Shown one piece after another: positions 8,960-21,528 of a DNA stretch of 64,000 nt (within the stretch, counting starts at the first letter, position 1; each line of letters starts with the position of its first letter). Position numbers and translations under genes: made by a program. Below the pieces are notes generated by a model. That model saw only the letters and a list, made by a program, of their open reading frames with translations. It had not been told where the DNA came from and did not search any database. The stretch covers positions 352,001 to 416,000 of the forward strand of contig CAVQKE010000004.1 of NCBI GenBank assembly GCA_963713045.1, written 5' to 3'. The stretch comes from an uncultured delta proteobacterium. Its GTDB lineage: Bacteria; Myxococcota; Myxococcia; Myxococcales; Myxococcaceae.

Positions 8960-11536
8960 TCAGCTGCTGGATGCAGTGCCTGGAGCAGCCACCAGGTAGC
9001 GGCGCACGGCTTCGACGACCGCGCGCCGGGCCGCGGGCGTCTCGTAGTCTGGGCCGATGGAGAAGCGCTTCTCCGTCCCTTGGAGAATCCTTCGTTCCAG
9101 GAGATAGGAAATGGCGTTTTCGAGGTTGGTCCGTGACAGCGCCTCCTTGGCCTGGAGGTGCCCCTCCAGGTACTCGGCCTTCCCAATTTCCAGAGCAGTC
9201 CGGAGGAAGGTCCTCTTGTCCATGCTGCCCGAGGATGCCACGTCTTCCAGGCTGAGCGCAGCGAGCAGGTACGACTCGAGGAAGTCGCGCAGCAGCTCGG
9301 CATAGAAGTCCATCGTCTGCGCGGCGTCGGGGCGAGGGGAGACCCGCAGCATGCCGTCCGTCCGCTCGAGAAGGCCCTCGAGCACCAGACGGTCGACGGT
9401 TTCTCGAAAGATGTCCTCGAAGGGCGCACCCACCCGGTACAGAAATTCCACCTTGAAGAGGCGGGACAAGAAAAGGGCTCGCGACTCCACCGACAGCAGG
9501 GTGTCCGTGGGCGGCCCGGCGCGGACTGCTGCCGCCACCAGAGCGCGCGGCGCCACCAGATTCATCAGGTTATTCTTGTAGAAGACCAGCGCCACCCGCT
9601 GGTCCTCATCGGCCTGGTAAACGGGTTGCCCGCGCGCCTCGGTGATGCGGACGGTTTTCTCGCGGGCAAACCCGGCGAGTGCCTCATGAATCGGTCCGGG
9701 AGCAGCCGGGTCCGAGCTCGCGCCGACCAATGCCGCCGACAGCGGCACATGCTCCGACTCAGCGACCCGGCGCAGCACATCCACCCGTGCCGCGAGCTCC
9801 GCCGCTGAAATGCCCCGGCCTCGAAAGGACAGCAGCGCCGTCGCCGCCAGCGCTTGCGGCGTGACGGTGGAGACGCGGGCGATGTCGTACATGACGCGGT
9901 AGGCGAGTGCCCGCACCACAGCACGCTTCTGTTCCTCGGTGACGGAAGCCGGGTCGTCGAGGCCCCGGCTGCGCATCAGCTCGCGAAGTCGGACCGGCGG
10001 AGCGAAGGTGACGTGGATGCGGCCGTAGCGGCGCGCCAGCACCCTGGGCGCGGTCAACAACGCCTTCAAGTCCTCGGGCTTCTTCTCCGCTCCCAGCAGT
10101 TCGCGCGAGTAGCTCTTCGACTCCACCACGTTCTCGTAGTCCATCGACACCGGGATGAAGGCCAAGTCATCCCGCGCCCCGTCCAAAATGGCTTCCACCT
10201 CCCAGGTGAGGAGGCCCAGCTTGGGCGGCAGAAGCTTCCCAGTCCGGGAGCGCCCACCTTCGATGAAGAATTCCTGGTGGACGCCGTCCCGGACCAGCTT
10301 GCGGACGTAGGCCTTGAAGGTGGCGGCGTACACCTTGTCTCCTCCGAAGCTGCGGCGCAGGAAGAAGGCGCCACAGCGGCGCAGGATGGGCCCCAGTGGA
10401 AAGAAGGAGAGGTTGGAGCCAGCGGCCACCAACGGCGCCTGGTAGCCGCGGTGCCACAGCGCCCAGGACAGCACCAGGTAGTCGATGTGACTCTTGTGCG
10501 AGGGGCAAAGGACCACAGGTGCACCCTGTGAGGCGCGCATCGCCCGCTCCAGCCCGGCCTCGTCCACCTCAATGCCGTCGTACATCAGGCGAAAGATGAG
10601 GCTCATCAGTTGGTTGGCCAGCGCCAGCACGGTCGGATGCAGCCGGGCGGCGATGGCGTTGAGGTCCCGGCGCGCCTCCCGCTGGACCGAGTCGAACTTC
10701 CGGCCGGAGGTCTCCGAAATGACTTGCAGGCTGCGGCGCAGGACGCGGTCGCGCAGCGTCTCGTCGATGATGCGCTCGGGCGGCTTGAAGGGTGGGCCGA
10801 AGACGGTCCGCGTCTCGCGGGCCAGGTGCACGTGAAGCGTGCTGCGCACTTTTCTTGCCAAGAGCGCGTCCGAATCCTCAGCGAAGGCCTGCACCAGGGC
10901 GGTCAGGTCCAGGGCTGGTCCCACCCGGAATTGGGCGCGCTTGTAATTGCGGAAGAAGGCCAGCACCGAGTGCAGAAAGCCCGGCGCCTCGGGGCTTCCG
11001 AAGACGTAGTCCGCCCAGGCCGGCTTCAGTCGGACATTCCATTTCTCCCAGACGAAGAGCTCCGGGACCAGGAAGACTGGGCGGTCGCTCTTGCGGGCGA
11101 GCGCCACCAGCGCCGGGAAGGGGTCGTCAGGCCCCGGGCGGCCCAGAGCGCGCCCCAGGACGGTGGACTGCAGAAACACCAGCGCTGAGCCGCCCTTTCG
11201 CTGTGCATACGCGAAGCGGACGGCGCAGGGGCCGGTCTGGGCCATTCGCCGGAAGGGCCGCACCAGCCAGGGGCGCAAATTGACAACCGCCCGCAGCAGC
11301 GGGAGTCCGCGGATGGTGAGTGCCCAGGCAAGGTAGAGGAAATTCACCCAGGAGCTGGTGCGCTGGACATGCACCAAAAAGCCTCGTGCAGAGAGCGCGC
11401 GCCACTCAGCCTCGGCCTCGGCTGAGAAGCGCACCTTGGTGAAGTAGCGGCGTGCCAACCAGCGGCCGACGGCGCCGAATTCTCGCCGCAGGGCTTGCTC
11501 GACTGTCGTGTCGCTACTGGCCAGAGCCGTCTCCAT
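8960..11536 (-). CDS. plsB: glycerol-3-phosphate acyltransferase (PlsB-like)
   Basis: HKSHID (HX4D), GAFFLRR, FFIEGGRSRTGK, IPVS motifs; start at METALASS. Confidence 0.85.
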   Translation of the reverse strand: METALASSDTTVEQALRREFGAVGRWLARRYFTKVRFSAEAEAEWRALSARGFLVHVQRTSSWVNFLYLAWALTIRGLPLLRAVVNLRPWLVRPFRRMAQTGPCAVRFAYAQRKGGSALVFLQSTVLGRALGRPGPDDPFPALVALARKSDRPVFLVPELFVWEKWNVRLKPAWADYVFGSPEAPGFLHSVLAFFRNYKRAQFRVGPALDLTALVQAFAEDSDALLARKVRSTLHVHLARETRTVFGPPFKPPERIIDETLRDRVLRRSLQVISETSGRKFDSVQREARRDLNAIAARLHPTVLALANQLMSLIFRLMYDGIEVDEAGLERAMRASQGAPVVLCPSHKSHIDYLVLSWALWHRGYQAPLVAAGSNLSFFPLGPILRRCGAFFLRRSFGGDKVYAATFKAYVRKLVRDGVHQEFFIEGGRSRTGKLLPPKLGLLTWEVEAILDGARDDLAFIPVSMDYENVVESKSYSRELLGAEKKPEDLKALLTAPRVLARRYGRIHVTFAPPVRLRELMRSRGLDDPASVTEEQKRAVVRALAYRVMYDIARVSTVTPQALAATALLSFRGRGISAAELAARVDVLRRVAESEHVPLSAALVGASSDPAAPGPIHEALAGFAREKTVRITEARGQPVYQADEDQRVALVFYKNNLMNLVAPRALVAAAVRAGPPTDTLLSVESRALFLSRLFKVEFLYRVGAPFEDIFRETVDRLVLEGLLERTDGMLRVSPRPDAAQTMDFYAELLRDFLESYLLAALSLEDVASSGSMDKRTFLRTALEIGKAEYLEGHLQAKEALSRTNLENAISYLLERRILQGTEKRFSIGPDYETPAARRAVVEAVRRYLVAAPGTASSS

Positions 11537-11601
11537 GGGGACGCTGCTGCGGGCCTTGTATTCCACCTGGTGGCGGCAAGCGACGCTGGGGCCGCGGGCT
11601 G

Positions 11602-11628
11602 GCCGCCCCCCAAGGCAGAGGGGGCGGC
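11602..11628. other. intergenic GC-rich hairpin between argS and plsB
   Basis: GCCGCCCCC (11602-11610) / GGGGGCGGC (11620-11628), 9-bp perfect stem, no U-tract. Confidence 0.45.
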
Positions 11629-11632
11629 GGCC

Positions 11633-13345
11633 TCACATGTTGTCGGGCGTCGGAATGCCGAGCAGCGACAGGCCAACCGCCAGCGTGATGCGCACCGCGT
11701 CAGCGAGCAGCAGGCGCGCCGCACGGGTGCGGGCGTCCTCTTCCACCAGCACGCGTTTGGTGCGGTCCTGGTTCCCCAGGGTGTACCAGCGGCTGAATGC
11801 CGCGGCCACGTCCAGCAGGTGGCTGGCGACGAAGGACGGCTCATAGCCGTCGGCGGCCACCCGCACCGCGCGTGGGAAGAGCGCCAGCGCCCGGACCAGC
11901 GCCTCCTCCTCGGGGAGGGTGAGCGCGGAACTCTCGGCTTCGGCCGGGACACCGCCGCCTCGGCTGAGCAGACTACAGGCCCGGGCGTGCGCGTATTGTA
12001 GGTAAGGGCCGGTGTGCCCCTCGAAGCTGAGCACTTCTTCCCAGTCGAAAGTGTAGTCGGAGTTGCGGCGATTTTTGAGGTCGCCGAAGACGACAGCACC
12101 GACGCCCACTTTCTCTGCCAGGGCCTCCGGGTCGTCGGTGTGAATTCTGCCCGCTGCCTGGTTTTCCTTCACCTTCTCCAGCGCCCTGGCCCGGGCCTCG
12201 TCCAGCACGTCGGAGAGAAGCACCACTTCACCCTTACGGGTACTCATGCCAGCGATGCGGCCGAAGGCAACGTGGAGGCAGCGGTCCGCCCACGGCTTGC
12301 CCATCGCCTTCAGCACGCGAAAGACCTGCTCGAAGTGCAGCGCCTGGTCCCGAGCGACGACGTACAGCGCGAGGTTGAAATGAAAGCGCTCCCAGCGGTC
12401 CTCGGCCGCGGCCAAGTCGCGGGTGGCGTAGAGCGTGCTGCCGTCGCTCTTCTTCAGAAGAATGGGAGGTTCGTTCTCACCGTAGGGAAGGTCCACCACC
12501 AGCGCCCCATCGCTTTCGCGGACGCCCACGGTGCGAGCAATTTCCGCAATGACTTGCTCCATCCGCCCCTCGTAGCGGCTCTCGCCTTCGATGTGCTCGA
12601 ATTGAATCCCGAGTCGGGCGTAGAGCGGCTCAAAGCCAGCGAGCGACGTGTCCCGCAATTCCTGCCACAGGCGGAGCGCCTCAGCGTCGCCCTTCTCCAT
12701 CCGCCGGAAGAAGGCGCGTGCCTGCTCGTCGAAGGCCGGGTCGGCCTCGGCCCGGGCGTTGGCCTTGACGTAAACCTCCACCAGATGGGCCATGTCCCGC
12801 CGCTGGGCGGGGTCGCCAAACAGCTCAAACCCCGCCGCCACCAAGCCAAACTGCTTGCCCCAGTCGCCCAGGTAGTTGATGCCTTCCACCCGCCACCCCA
12901 GGTGACGGTAGAGGTTGGCCAGCGCATGGCCGAGCACCGTGGTGCGGATGTGGTGAAAGCCGATGGGCTTGGCGATGTTGGGCGAGCTGTAGTCAATGAC
13001 GACTGTCTTTCCGACGCCCTCCGCGCCTCCGCCGTAGCGCTGCTGCGCGCTTCGAATTTCGGCCAGCACCGCCGCGACAAAGGGTGCGTTGACAAAGCGG
13101 GCGTTGACGTAGGGCCCGGCGGCCGTGATGGACACGTCGGGCAGGTGCACCGTCGCCGCGAGCTGGCTGGCGATGGCGGCCGGCGCCTTGCGCAGCGTTT
13201 TCGCCAGCCCAAACGTCGGGAAACTTAAGTCCCCATGCGCCGCCTCGGCCGGTTTGACCAGGGGCAGCACCTCTTCCAGCGGGAGGTTGAGAGCGGTGGC
13301 CAGCCCCTGGGCGAAAGCCTGGGTCAGCGTTTGGTGGACGGACAA
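11633..13345 (-). CDS. argS: arginine--tRNA ligase
   Basis: DYSSPNIAK, HIGH-like region, NYLGDWGKQFG, YATRDLA, MSTRKG, GPYLQYAHAR, C-terminal PDNM; TTG start. Confidence 0.97.
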   Translation of the reverse strand: MSVHQTLTQAFAQGLATALNLPLEEVLPLVKPAEAAHGDLSFPTFGLAKTLRKAPAAIASQLAATVHLPDVSITAAGPYVNARFVNAPFVAAVLAEIRSAQQRYGGGAEGVGKTVVIDYSSPNIAKPIGFHHIRTTVLGHALANLYRHLGWRVEGINYLGDWGKQFGLVAAGFELFGDPAQRRDMAHLVEVYVKANARAEADPAFDEQARAFFRRMEKGDAEALRLWQELRDTSLAGFEPLYARLGIQFEHIEGESRYEGRMEQVIAEIARTVGVRESDGALVVDLPYGENEPPILLKKSDGSTLYATRDLAAAEDRWERFHFNLALYVVARDQALHFEQVFRVLKAMGKPWADRCLHVAFGRIAGMSTRKGEVVLLSDVLDEARARALEKVKENQAAGRIHTDDPEALAEKVGVGAVVFGDLKNRRNSDYTFDWEEVLSFEGHTGPYLQYAHARACSLLSRGGGVPAEAESSALTLPEEEALVRALALFPRAVRVAADGYEPSFVASHLLDVAAAFSRWYTLGNQDRTKRVLVEEDARTRAARLLLADAVRITLAVGLSLLGIPTPDNM

Positions 13346-13384
13346 AGGCCGGTTGCTCCTTTCAAAAGACGGGCGGGGGAGGGC

Positions 13385-14125
13385 TCAGCTCGCCTCAGGC
13401 GCGCCGCGCCGCTTGAGGACGCCGGCCTTGTCCACGAAAAACGAGTCCGGCAGCAGGCCCTCCACCTTCTCGCGGAAGCCCTGAACGCCGAAGCCGCTGT
13501 CGGCGAGGGCCTCGATGGCGGCCACTTGGACGCGGCGTCCGGTGTCCGGGGCCGTCAGAAGCTGAAGCATCGGCTCGCGGGCCGGCGGGTACTTGAAGGG
13601 CCCCAAGGTGTGCAGGGCGGCAATTCGGACGTCGTCGGCCATGTCCTCCAGAAAGGGCAGCGCGGCAGGGGCAATGCGCGGGTCGTCCTTTCCAGCCAGC
13701 CAATTCAAGAGGACCAGACGCTTCTCTGGATTGCGGGTGTAGCCCTGGGCCAGCGTTTGCAGCTGACCGACGAGGACGCCCACCACTTCCGGCTCGGGCA
13801 GCAGCGCGGCGAGCAGCCGGACCGCCCAGCTGCTGGCCAGGTCGGTCCGGGCGAGAAATTCCGTCACGCTGGGGACGGCGGCGGCGCCGCGGGCACGCAC
13901 CAACTCGAAGGCTTGGTCCTTTTCATCGGCGTCGGTGGTTTGCGGTTCAACGGTGATGGTGAAGCGCGACAGAAGGACGCTGACCGCCTCAGGAAACTGC
14001 ATCTCGCCCAGTTGCTGAAGGGCCTTCTGGCGAGCCAACGGGTCCCCGTACTTCTGGGTGACCTTGGCCTTCAGTTTGAGAGCCTTGGCGGGGCCGCTGC
14101 CCCCGAGGAAGTCCAGAATGCCCAT
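13385..14125 (-). CDS. HEAT-repeat protein
   Basis: Repeated helical units (ARQKALQQLG, DVRIAALHTLG, RVQVAAIEALA). Confidence 0.75.
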   Translation of the reverse strand: MGILDFLGGSGPAKALKLKAKVTQKYGDPLARQKALQQLGEMQFPEAVSVLLSRFTITVEPQTTDADEKDQAFELVRARGAAAVPSVTEFLARTDLASSWAVRLLAALLPEPEVVGVLVGQLQTLAQGYTRNPEKRLVLLNWLAGKDDPRIAPAALPFLEDMADDVRIAALHTLGPFKYPPAREPMLQLLTAPDTGRRVQVAAIEALADSGFGVQGFREKVEGLLPDSFFVDKAGVLKRRGAPEAS

Positions 14126-14135
14126 GGTGCTTTCC

Positions 14136-14564
14136 TCAAGACCCCAAGTATTGGAGCACCACCTCGCGGCGATGAGGCCGGTGGCGGTGCTCGAAGAGAT
14201 AGATGCCTTGCCAGGTGCCGAGGGCGAGCTGCCCCTGCATCACCGGGATGCAGAGGTTGCTCTGCGTCAGGGCCGCTCGGACGTGCGCCGGCATGTCGTC
14301 TGCCCCCTCGGCGGTGTGTCGAAACAGCGGGTCGCCGTCTGGCACCAGTCGGGCAAAGAAGCGGTTGAGGTCAGCCAGCACTTCCGGGTCGGCGTTCTCC
14401 TGCAGCAGGAGGCTGGCCGAGGTGTGGCGACAGAAGAGAGTCAGCAGTCCCGAGGCAGTGTCCCCCGATGCCAGCGTAGCGACCCAGTCCTTCACTGCGT
14501 CGGTGAAGGGAAGCAGTCCCCGGCCGGGCGTCTGCAGGACGAGGATGTTGGACTGGGAGCGCAT
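14136..14564 (-). CDS. yjbQ: YjbQ/UPF0047 family protein
   Basis: HTSASLLLQENADPEV, HTAEGADDMPAH, LGTWQGIYLFEHR. Confidence 0.92.
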   Translation of the reverse strand: MRSQSNILVLQTPGRGLLPFTDAVKDWVATLASGDTASGLLTLFCRHTSASLLLQENADPEVLADLNRFFARLVPDGDPLFRHTAEGADDMPAHVRAALTQSNLCIPVMQGQLALGTWQGIYLFEHRHRPHRREVVLQYLGS

Positions 14565-14682
14565 CGACGGACAGCGTTCTACCAGCAAACTTCCCCGGGG
14601 AGAGGGACACGCAGTCGCGGCCGGGCGGGGCGTTTGCTCGGGGGTGGCGGCCCCGCGGCGGCGGTGGGGCGTCCAGCGTGGG

Positions 14683-15807
14683 TTACAGCCGCAAGCTCGA
14701 GCGGACATCGCCGCGGTAGGCGGTCCGCAGTGCGTCGGCGATGGCCTTGGTTTCGGCGGTCGGACGCTCCGGGACGAGGACTTTCAGTTCCAGGTAAAGG
14801 TCGCCCCGCCCGTTGCCCTTGAGTGCCGGCACGCCCTGGCCTTTGAGTCGCAGCTTGCGGCCGGCCTGGCTGCCGGCGGGGACGCTGACCGTGACTTCTC
14901 CGTTGAAGGTGGGCACGCGGACTTCGGCGCCCGACAGCGCCTCGGGAATGGTGACTGGCAACTCCATCGTCAAGTCATCGCCGTCCCTGCGGACCAGGGG
15001 GTGGGGCTCCACTTCGGTTTCCAGGTAGAGGTCTCCTGGCGGCCCGCCATGGGTCCCAGCGGCGCCCTGGCCGGGGAGGCGGACTTGCGAGCCATTCTGG
15101 ACCCCGGGGGGAATCTTCACCGTCACCCGGACGGTATGCTCCACCACGCCCGAGCCGCCGCAGACGTCGCACACCGGCGCGACTTTCCCCGTCCCGCCGC
15201 ATTCGGGGCAGGGCGTGGACAGGGAGAGCGGACCGCGACCCTGCTTGATGCGACCGGTGCCCCCGCAGGTGGGACACGTCTTGGGCTTACCGATGTGGCC
15301 CGAGCCATGGCACTTCTTGCATTCCTCGGGCCGTTCAATGGAGAGCGCGCGCTCGGTCCCCCGCACTGCCTCGCGCAAGCTGATGCGGACGCGCGCATGG
15401 AGGTCCTCGCCTCGGGAGGGCCCCTCGGCGCGTGCCCGAAAGGGGCCGCCGTCTTCGCCCCGGTTAAAGAGGTCTCCAAAAATGTCACTGAAGTCGAACC
15501 CCCCGTCGGGACCCTCCGGCGGACGGTGAGTGGCCTGCTCACGGTAGGCGCGATAGGCCTCGGCCTTCTTGGGGTCGAACCCCATTTTTGCGGCGTCCTC
15601 GCCAAACTCGTCGTACAGGGCACGCTTTTTCGGGTCGCTGAGGACTTCAAACGCACCGGACAGCTGCTTGAACTTCTCCTCCGCAGCCTTGTTCCCTTGG
15701 TTGACGTCCGGGTGGTGCTTGCGCGCCAGCTTCCGGTAGGCCTTCTTGATTTCGTCCTGACTCGCCGTGCGAGCGACGCCCAGGACTCGGTAGTAGTCTT
15801 CTGCCAT
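14683..15807 (-). CDS. dnaJ: DnaJ-class co-chaperone
   Basis: J domain with HPD, G/F-rich linker, four CxxCxGxG repeats, C-terminal GDLY domains; start at MAEDYY; may be a paralogue since no dnaK is adjacent. Confidence 0.9.
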   Translation of the reverse strand: MAEDYYRVLGVARTASQDEIKKAYRKLARKHHPDVNQGNKAAEEKFKQLSGAFEVLSDPKKRALYDEFGEDAAKMGFDPKKAEAYRAYREQATHRPPEGPDGGFDFSDIFGDLFNRGEDGGPFRARAEGPSRGEDLHARVRISLREAVRGTERALSIERPEECKKCHGSGHIGKPKTCPTCGGTGRIKQGRGPLSLSTPCPECGGTGKVAPVCDVCGGSGVVEHTVRVTVKIPPGVQNGSQVRLPGQGAAGTHGGPPGDLYLETEVEPHPLVRRDGDDLTMELPVTIPEALSGAEVRVPTFNGEVTVSVPAGSQAGRKLRLKGQGVPALKGNGRGDLYLELKVLVPERPTAETKAIADALRTAYRGDVRSSLRL

Positions 15808-16492
15808 GGGCTCCCTGGGCGGGCAGCTTAACCCGCTGAAACTCCGGCGCCAGCGTCGTCTGTACGCCGCGCTGGTGGTGTTGGCGGCGACTGCTTCTTC
15901 GGCCGAGGTGCTGGACCGCGTGGTGGCCCAAGTGGACGGACAGGTCATCACTCTCAGCGACTTGCGCTTCGAGGCGCGGGTGGCGATGGTGGAGCGGGGA
16001 GGAGCGTCGCTGGCGAACACGCCGCTGGATGAGGCCACCTTGCGCAGCGCGCTCGAGCTGGCCATCGCCCAGCGAGCGGCCGGCGCCGAGGCCGACCGGC
16101 TGGGAAGCTTTCCGCTGGAGGCTGGGGACGTCGCGGCTCGCCTGCAGCGCTTCGAAAGCCACTTTCCGGACCACCCGGCGTTCGAGCGCTTCCTGCAGGG
16201 CTCCGGAGCCGACCTCAGCCAGCTGAGGGAAGTCCTCGGCCGGGCCCTCCGGGCGGAACGGGCGCTGGACGCGCAGGTGCGGCTGCGGGCGCAGGTCAGT
16301 GACGCTGAGGTTCGGCACGCCTGGGAAGCCGAGGGCAGCCCGGGGTCCTTCGAGGAGGCGCGTGCCGGACTGCGCGAGCAGCTGTTGCGCCAGCGCTACG
16401 AGGCGGCGGCCCGCGAGGAGCTGGCCAAGCTCCGGGCGGCGGCGCAAGTTCGGATTGTGGCTCCGCCCGGCGAGCTGGCGGAGACGCGGTGA
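15806..16492 (+). CDS. SurA N-terminal-domain-like exported protein (start uncertain)
   Basis: Signal peptide followed by [20 protein letters not shown] and ending [12 protein letters not shown]; no PPIase domain. Confidence 0.7.
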   Translation: MGSLGGQLNPLKLRRQRRLYAALVVLAATASSAEVLDRVVAQVDGQVITLSDLRFEARVAMVERGGASLANTPLDEATLRSALELAIAQRAAGAEADRLGSFPLEAGDVAARLQRFESHFPDHPAFERFLQGSGADLSQLREVLGRALRAERALDAQVRLRAQVSDAEVRHAWEAEGSPGSFEEARAGLREQLLRQRYEAAAREELAKLRAAAQVRIVAPPGELAETR

Positions 16493-16965
16493 GGAAGCTC
16501 GAGGAGCACCCCTCGTTTCACGTCCGGGCGATGACCGCCGGCGACCTGACCCGGGTGCTGGAAATCGAGCAGGTCGCCTTCCGCAACCCGTGGAGCGCGG
16601 ACCTTCTGCGTCGCGAGCTGGGACATGACTGGTCGACCATTTTGGTGGCCGAGGAGGCCGGGCCCCGCGGGCAGATGACGTTGGTGGGCTTCGTCATCTT
16701 CTGGATTGTCCATGAGGAGCTGCACGTGCTGAACGTGGCCACTGCCCCTGAACACCGGAACCGCGGGGTGGCGCGGACGGTGCTGGAGTCCGCTTTGGAC
16801 CAAGGGCGCGAGAAGCGCTGCACCCTGGCCACCCTCGAGGTGCGTCGCAGCAATGCCGCTGCTCTGGCCTTGTACCGGGACTTTGGCTTCCGCCCGGTAG
16901 GAATCCGCCCCAACTACTATGTGGACGAGGGGGAGGACGCCATCGTCATGGTCCTCGACCTCTGA
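16489..16965 (+). CDS. rimI: ribosomal protein N-acetyltransferase RimI
   Basis: IEQVAFRNPWS, ELHVLNVAT, TLEVRRSNAAALALY, GIRPNYY, EDAIVM. Confidence 0.93.
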   Translation: MRKLEEHPSFHVRAMTAGDLTRVLEIEQVAFRNPWSADLLRRELGHDWSTILVAEEAGPRGQMTLVGFVIFWIVHEELHVLNVATAPEHRNRGVARTVLESALDQGREKRCTLATLEVRRSNAAALALYRDFGFRPVGIRPNYYVDEGEDAIVMVLDL

Positions 16966-17062
16966 GCAAGCACCGACCGCCGCCCACCTCCGGACTTCAG
17001 CTGCCATTCTGCTGAAAACGTCCCGCGGCCCGCTGGCGACGCTGCGCTTTTTTCAGCGACGC

Positions 17063-17090
17063 TTGACTCCGGCACAGCCACCGCTATAAC
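17063..17090 (+). promoter_or_regulatory. sigma70-type promoter of str operon
   Basis: TTGACT-16 nt-TATAAC, 86 nt upstream of rpsL. Confidence 0.7.
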
Positions 17091-17176
17091 CAGCGCCCTT
17101 TTTCCGGAGGGTCCGGGTCAGGCGGTTTCTGCCCTGCGGACGCGCTTTGGGAAAGTCCCCGAGGGAACCCCATAGG

Positions 17177-17548
17177 ATGCCGACGATTAGCCAGCTCGTC
17201 CGAAAAGGACGCGAGAAGCTGAAGGTGAAGGGCAAGAGCCCGGCGCTGAAGGACTCGCCGCAAAAGCGCGGAGTCTGCACCCGCGTCTACACCACCACTC
17301 CCAAGAAGCCGAACTCCGCGCTGCGCAAGGTGGCGCGTGTCCGACTGACCAATGGCATCGAAGTGACGTCCTACATTCCCGGTGTGGGCCACAACCTTCA
17401 GGAGCACTCGGTGGTGATGATTCGCGGCGGCCGAGTCAAGGACTTGCCGGGCGTTCGCTACCACATCATCCGCGGCACGCTCGACTCGGTGGGCGTGCAG
17501 GGCCGCAAGCAGGGGCGCAGCAAGTACGGCGCCAAGCGGCCGAGCTGA
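17177..17548 (+). CDS. rpsL: 30S ribosomal protein S12
   Basis: [29 protein letters not shown]. Confidence 0.99.
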   Translation: MPTISQLVRKGREKLKVKGKSPALKDSPQKRGVCTRVYTTTPKKPNSALRKVARVRLTNGIEVTSYIPGVGHNLQEHSVVMIRGGRVKDLPGVRYHIIRGTLDSVGVQGRKQGRSKYGAKRPS

Positions 17549-17596
17549 GCTGCCGTCACCTTCTTGTCTCCAGCAGAGAGAAAGTCAGAGTAACAG

Positions 17597-18067
17597 ATGC
17601 CCCGTCGCCGTGTTGTCGCCAAGCGCAAAATCCTCGCTGACCCGAAGTACCAGGACCGGCTGGTCACCAAGTTCGTCAACGATTTGATGCGCAAGGGCAA
17701 GAAGTCCATCGCCGAGCGCGTTTGCTACGGCGCCTTCGCGTTGATTGAGGAGCGCGCCAAAGAGGAGCCGCTGCGCACCTTCAAGAAGGCCCTCGACAAC
17801 GTCAAGCCGGTGCTTGAGGTGAAGAGCCGGCGGGTCGGCGGAGCCACCTACCAGGTACCAGTCGAGGTCCGTCAGGACCGCCGCGTCGCGCTCGGGATGC
17901 GCTGGCTGATTCAGTACGCCAAGGCGCGCGGGGAGAAGACGATGGAGGAGAAGCTGGCCGGGGAGATTATGGACGCGGCCAACAACCGCGGGAATGCCGT
18001 CAAGAAGCGCGAGGACACGCACAAGATGGCCGAGGCCAACAAGGCCTTTGCCCATTACCGCTGGTGA
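17597..18067 (+). CDS. rpsG: 30S ribosomal protein S7
   Basis: [25 protein letters not shown]. Confidence 0.99.
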   Translation: MPRRRVVAKRKILADPKYQDRLVTKFVNDLMRKGKKSIAERVCYGAFALIEERAKEEPLRTFKKALDNVKPVLEVKSRRVGGATYQVPVEVRQDRRVALGMRWLIQYAKARGEKTMEEKLAGEIMDAANNRGNAVKKREDTHKMAEANKAFAHYRW

Positions 18068-18194
18068 GGTCGCCCGGGCGGACCCCTGGAATGTCCGGGG
18101 GGTCGGTCCGGAGGTGAAGCCGTTGTTGGCTGGGGCGCACTCAAAAGCGTGCGCCGCGGACTCAGCCGGTGGCCCTTTTTCGAGAGTCCCTTCG

Positions 18195-20288
18195 ATGCCC
18201 CGCGAGTACCCGCTCGAGCGTTACCGGAACATCGGCATCATGGCGCACATTGATGCCGGGAAGACGACCACCACCGAGCGCATCCTTTATTACACCGGCG
18301 CCATCCACAAGATGGGTGACGTCGACGAGGGAAATACCACCACCGACTGGATGGTGCAGGAGCGCGAGCGCGGCATCACCATCACCGCCGCCGCCATCAC
18401 CGCCTTCTGGAACCGGAATGGGCAGAAATACCGCCTCAACCTGATTGACACCCCGGGCCACGTCGACTTCACCATCGAAGTCGAGCGTTCGCTGCGGGTG
18501 CTGGACGGAGCCATCGCCGTGTTTGACGGCGTCAACGGGGTGGAGCCGCAGAGCGAGACGGTGTGGCGCCAGGCCGACCGCTATGGCGTGCCGCGGATTT
18601 GCTTCGTCAACAAGATGGACCGCACCGGCGCCGACTTCGAGATGTCGGTGAAGTCCATCCACGACAAGCTGGGCGCCCACGCGGTGCCGCTTCAACTGCC
18701 ACTGGGCAGCGAGGCGGAGCACCGCGGCGTGGTGGACCTGGTGAGGATGAAGGCCCTGGTCTTCCCCGAGGGCGAGCTGGGCGTCCGCTACGACCAGGTG
18801 GACATCCCGCTGGAGCTCTTGCCGCGGGCTGCCGAAGCCAGAGCCCGTCTCGTCGAGGCGGCTGCCGACCAAGACGACGCCGTGATGCACGCCTACCTCG
18901 AAGGCAAGGAGCCTTCCGAAGCGGACTTGCGGCGCGCCATCCGTCGGGGTTGCATCGCCCGGAAGCTGTTTCCGGTGCTGTGCGGCTCGGCCTTCAAATT
19001 CAAAGGCGTCCAGCCTCTGTTGGATGCGGTGGTGGACTACTTGCCGTCGCCTTTGGACATCCCTCCGGTGCACGGCAAGGACAGTCGAGGCAACGATGTG
19101 GTGCGGGAGACCCGGGACGACGCACCGTTCAGCGCCTTGGCCTTCAAAATCATGACCGACCCCTTCGTCGGGACGCTGACTTTCATCCGCGTCTATTCCG
19201 GCCGCCTGGCCGCCGGAGCGGCGGTGTGGAATTCGGTGAAGCAGAAGCGGGAGCGCATCGGCCGGCTGGTGCAGATGCGGGCCGATAAGCGGGACGAAAT
19301 TGACGAAGTGCTGGCCGGGGACATTGCCGCGGTGGTTGGGCTGAAGGGCGCCACCACCGGCGACACGCTGTGCGAGGAGGGGCGCCCCATCATCCTCGAG
19401 AGGATGGAGTTCCCAGAGCCGGTCATCGACATCGCCATCGAGCCCAAGACGGTCGCCGACCAGGACAAGCTGGGCGCCTCGCTGGCGAAATTGGCCATCG
19501 AGGACCCGAGCTTCCGGGTGCGGGTGGACAGCGAAAGCGGGCAGACCATCATCGCCGGGATGGGGGAGCTGCACCTGGAGATTATTGTCGACCGGCTGCT
19601 TCGGGAGTTCAAAGTCGACGCCAACGTCGGCAAGCCTCAGGTGGCCTACCGGGAGACCATTACTCGCCAGGTGGAGGCGGAGGGGAAGTACATCCGGCAG
19701 TCGGGGGGCAAGGGCCAATACGGGCACATCTGGCTGCGGCTTGCGCCGAATGAAGCGGGCAAGGGTCTGCACTTCGAAAACGAAATTGTCGGCGGGAAAA
19801 TCCCGCGGGAATTCGTCGCCGCGGCCGCACGCGGAGTGGCCGAGTCGATGCAGTCCGGCGGGCTGGCCGGCTACCCGCTGGTGGACCTCCGGGTGAGCGC
19901 TTTCGACGGAAGCTTCCACGAGGTCGACTCGAGTGAAGTCGCCTTCAAGATTGCCGGTTCGATGGCACTCCGGGACGGCGTGGCACGGGCCGGTCCGGTG
20001 CTGCTGGAGCCGGTGATGGCTTGTGAGGTGGTGACGCCTGACGAATTCATGGGCGACGTCATCGGTGACCTGAACGCTCGCCGCGGGAAAATATTGGGCA
20101 TGGGGCCGCGACCGGGCGGCGTCCAAGTCATTGACGCCCAGGTTCCGCTGGCGACGATGTTCGGCTATTCCACCGACTTGCGCTCGCGAACCCAAGGGCG
20201 GGCCACCTACACCATGCAGTTCAGCCACTACGCTCAAGTCCCAAAGGCGATCGCCGACGAGATTATCGCCCGGGTGCGGGGGCACTGA
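18195..20288 (+). CDS. fusA: elongation factor G
   Basis: [33 protein letters not shown]; start at MPREYPLER. Confidence 0.98.
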   Translation: MPREYPLERYRNIGIMAHIDAGKTTTTERILYYTGAIHKMGDVDEGNTTTDWMVQERERGITITAAAITAFWNRNGQKYRLNLIDTPGHVDFTIEVERSLRVLDGAIAVFDGVNGVEPQSETVWRQADRYGVPRICFVNKMDRTGADFEMSVKSIHDKLGAHAVPLQLPLGSEAEHRGVVDLVRMKALVFPEGELGVRYDQVDIPLELLPRAAEARARLVEAAADQDDAVMHAYLEGKEPSEADLRRAIRRGCIARKLFPVLCGSAFKFKGVQPLLDAVVDYLPSPLDIPPVHGKDSRGNDVVRETRDDAPFSALAFKIMTDPFVGTLTFIRVYSGRLAAGAAVWNSVKQKRERIGRLVQMRADKRDEIDEVLAGDIAAVVGLKGATTGDTLCEEGRPIILERMEFPEPVIDIAIEPKTVADQDKLGASLAKLAIEDPSFRVRVDSESGQTIIAGMGELHLEIIVDRLLREFKVDANVGKPQVAYRETITRQVEAEGKYIRQSGGKGQYGHIWLRLAPNEAGKGLHFENEIVGGKIPREFVAAAARGVAESMQSGGLAGYPLVDLRVSAFDGSFHEVDSSEVAFKIAGSMALRDGVARAGPVLLEPVMACEVVTPDEFMGDVIGDLNARRGKILGMGPRPGGVQVIDAQVPLATMFGYSTDLRSRTQGRATYTMQFSHYAQVPKAIADEIIARVRGH

Positions 20289-20307
20289 CCGAGGAGGGGA
20301 GAGCGCC

Positions 20308-21498
<1,191 letters not shown>

Positions 21499-21528
21499 CG
21501 GCTTTCCTCGCGGGGCAGCTTTGGGGAC

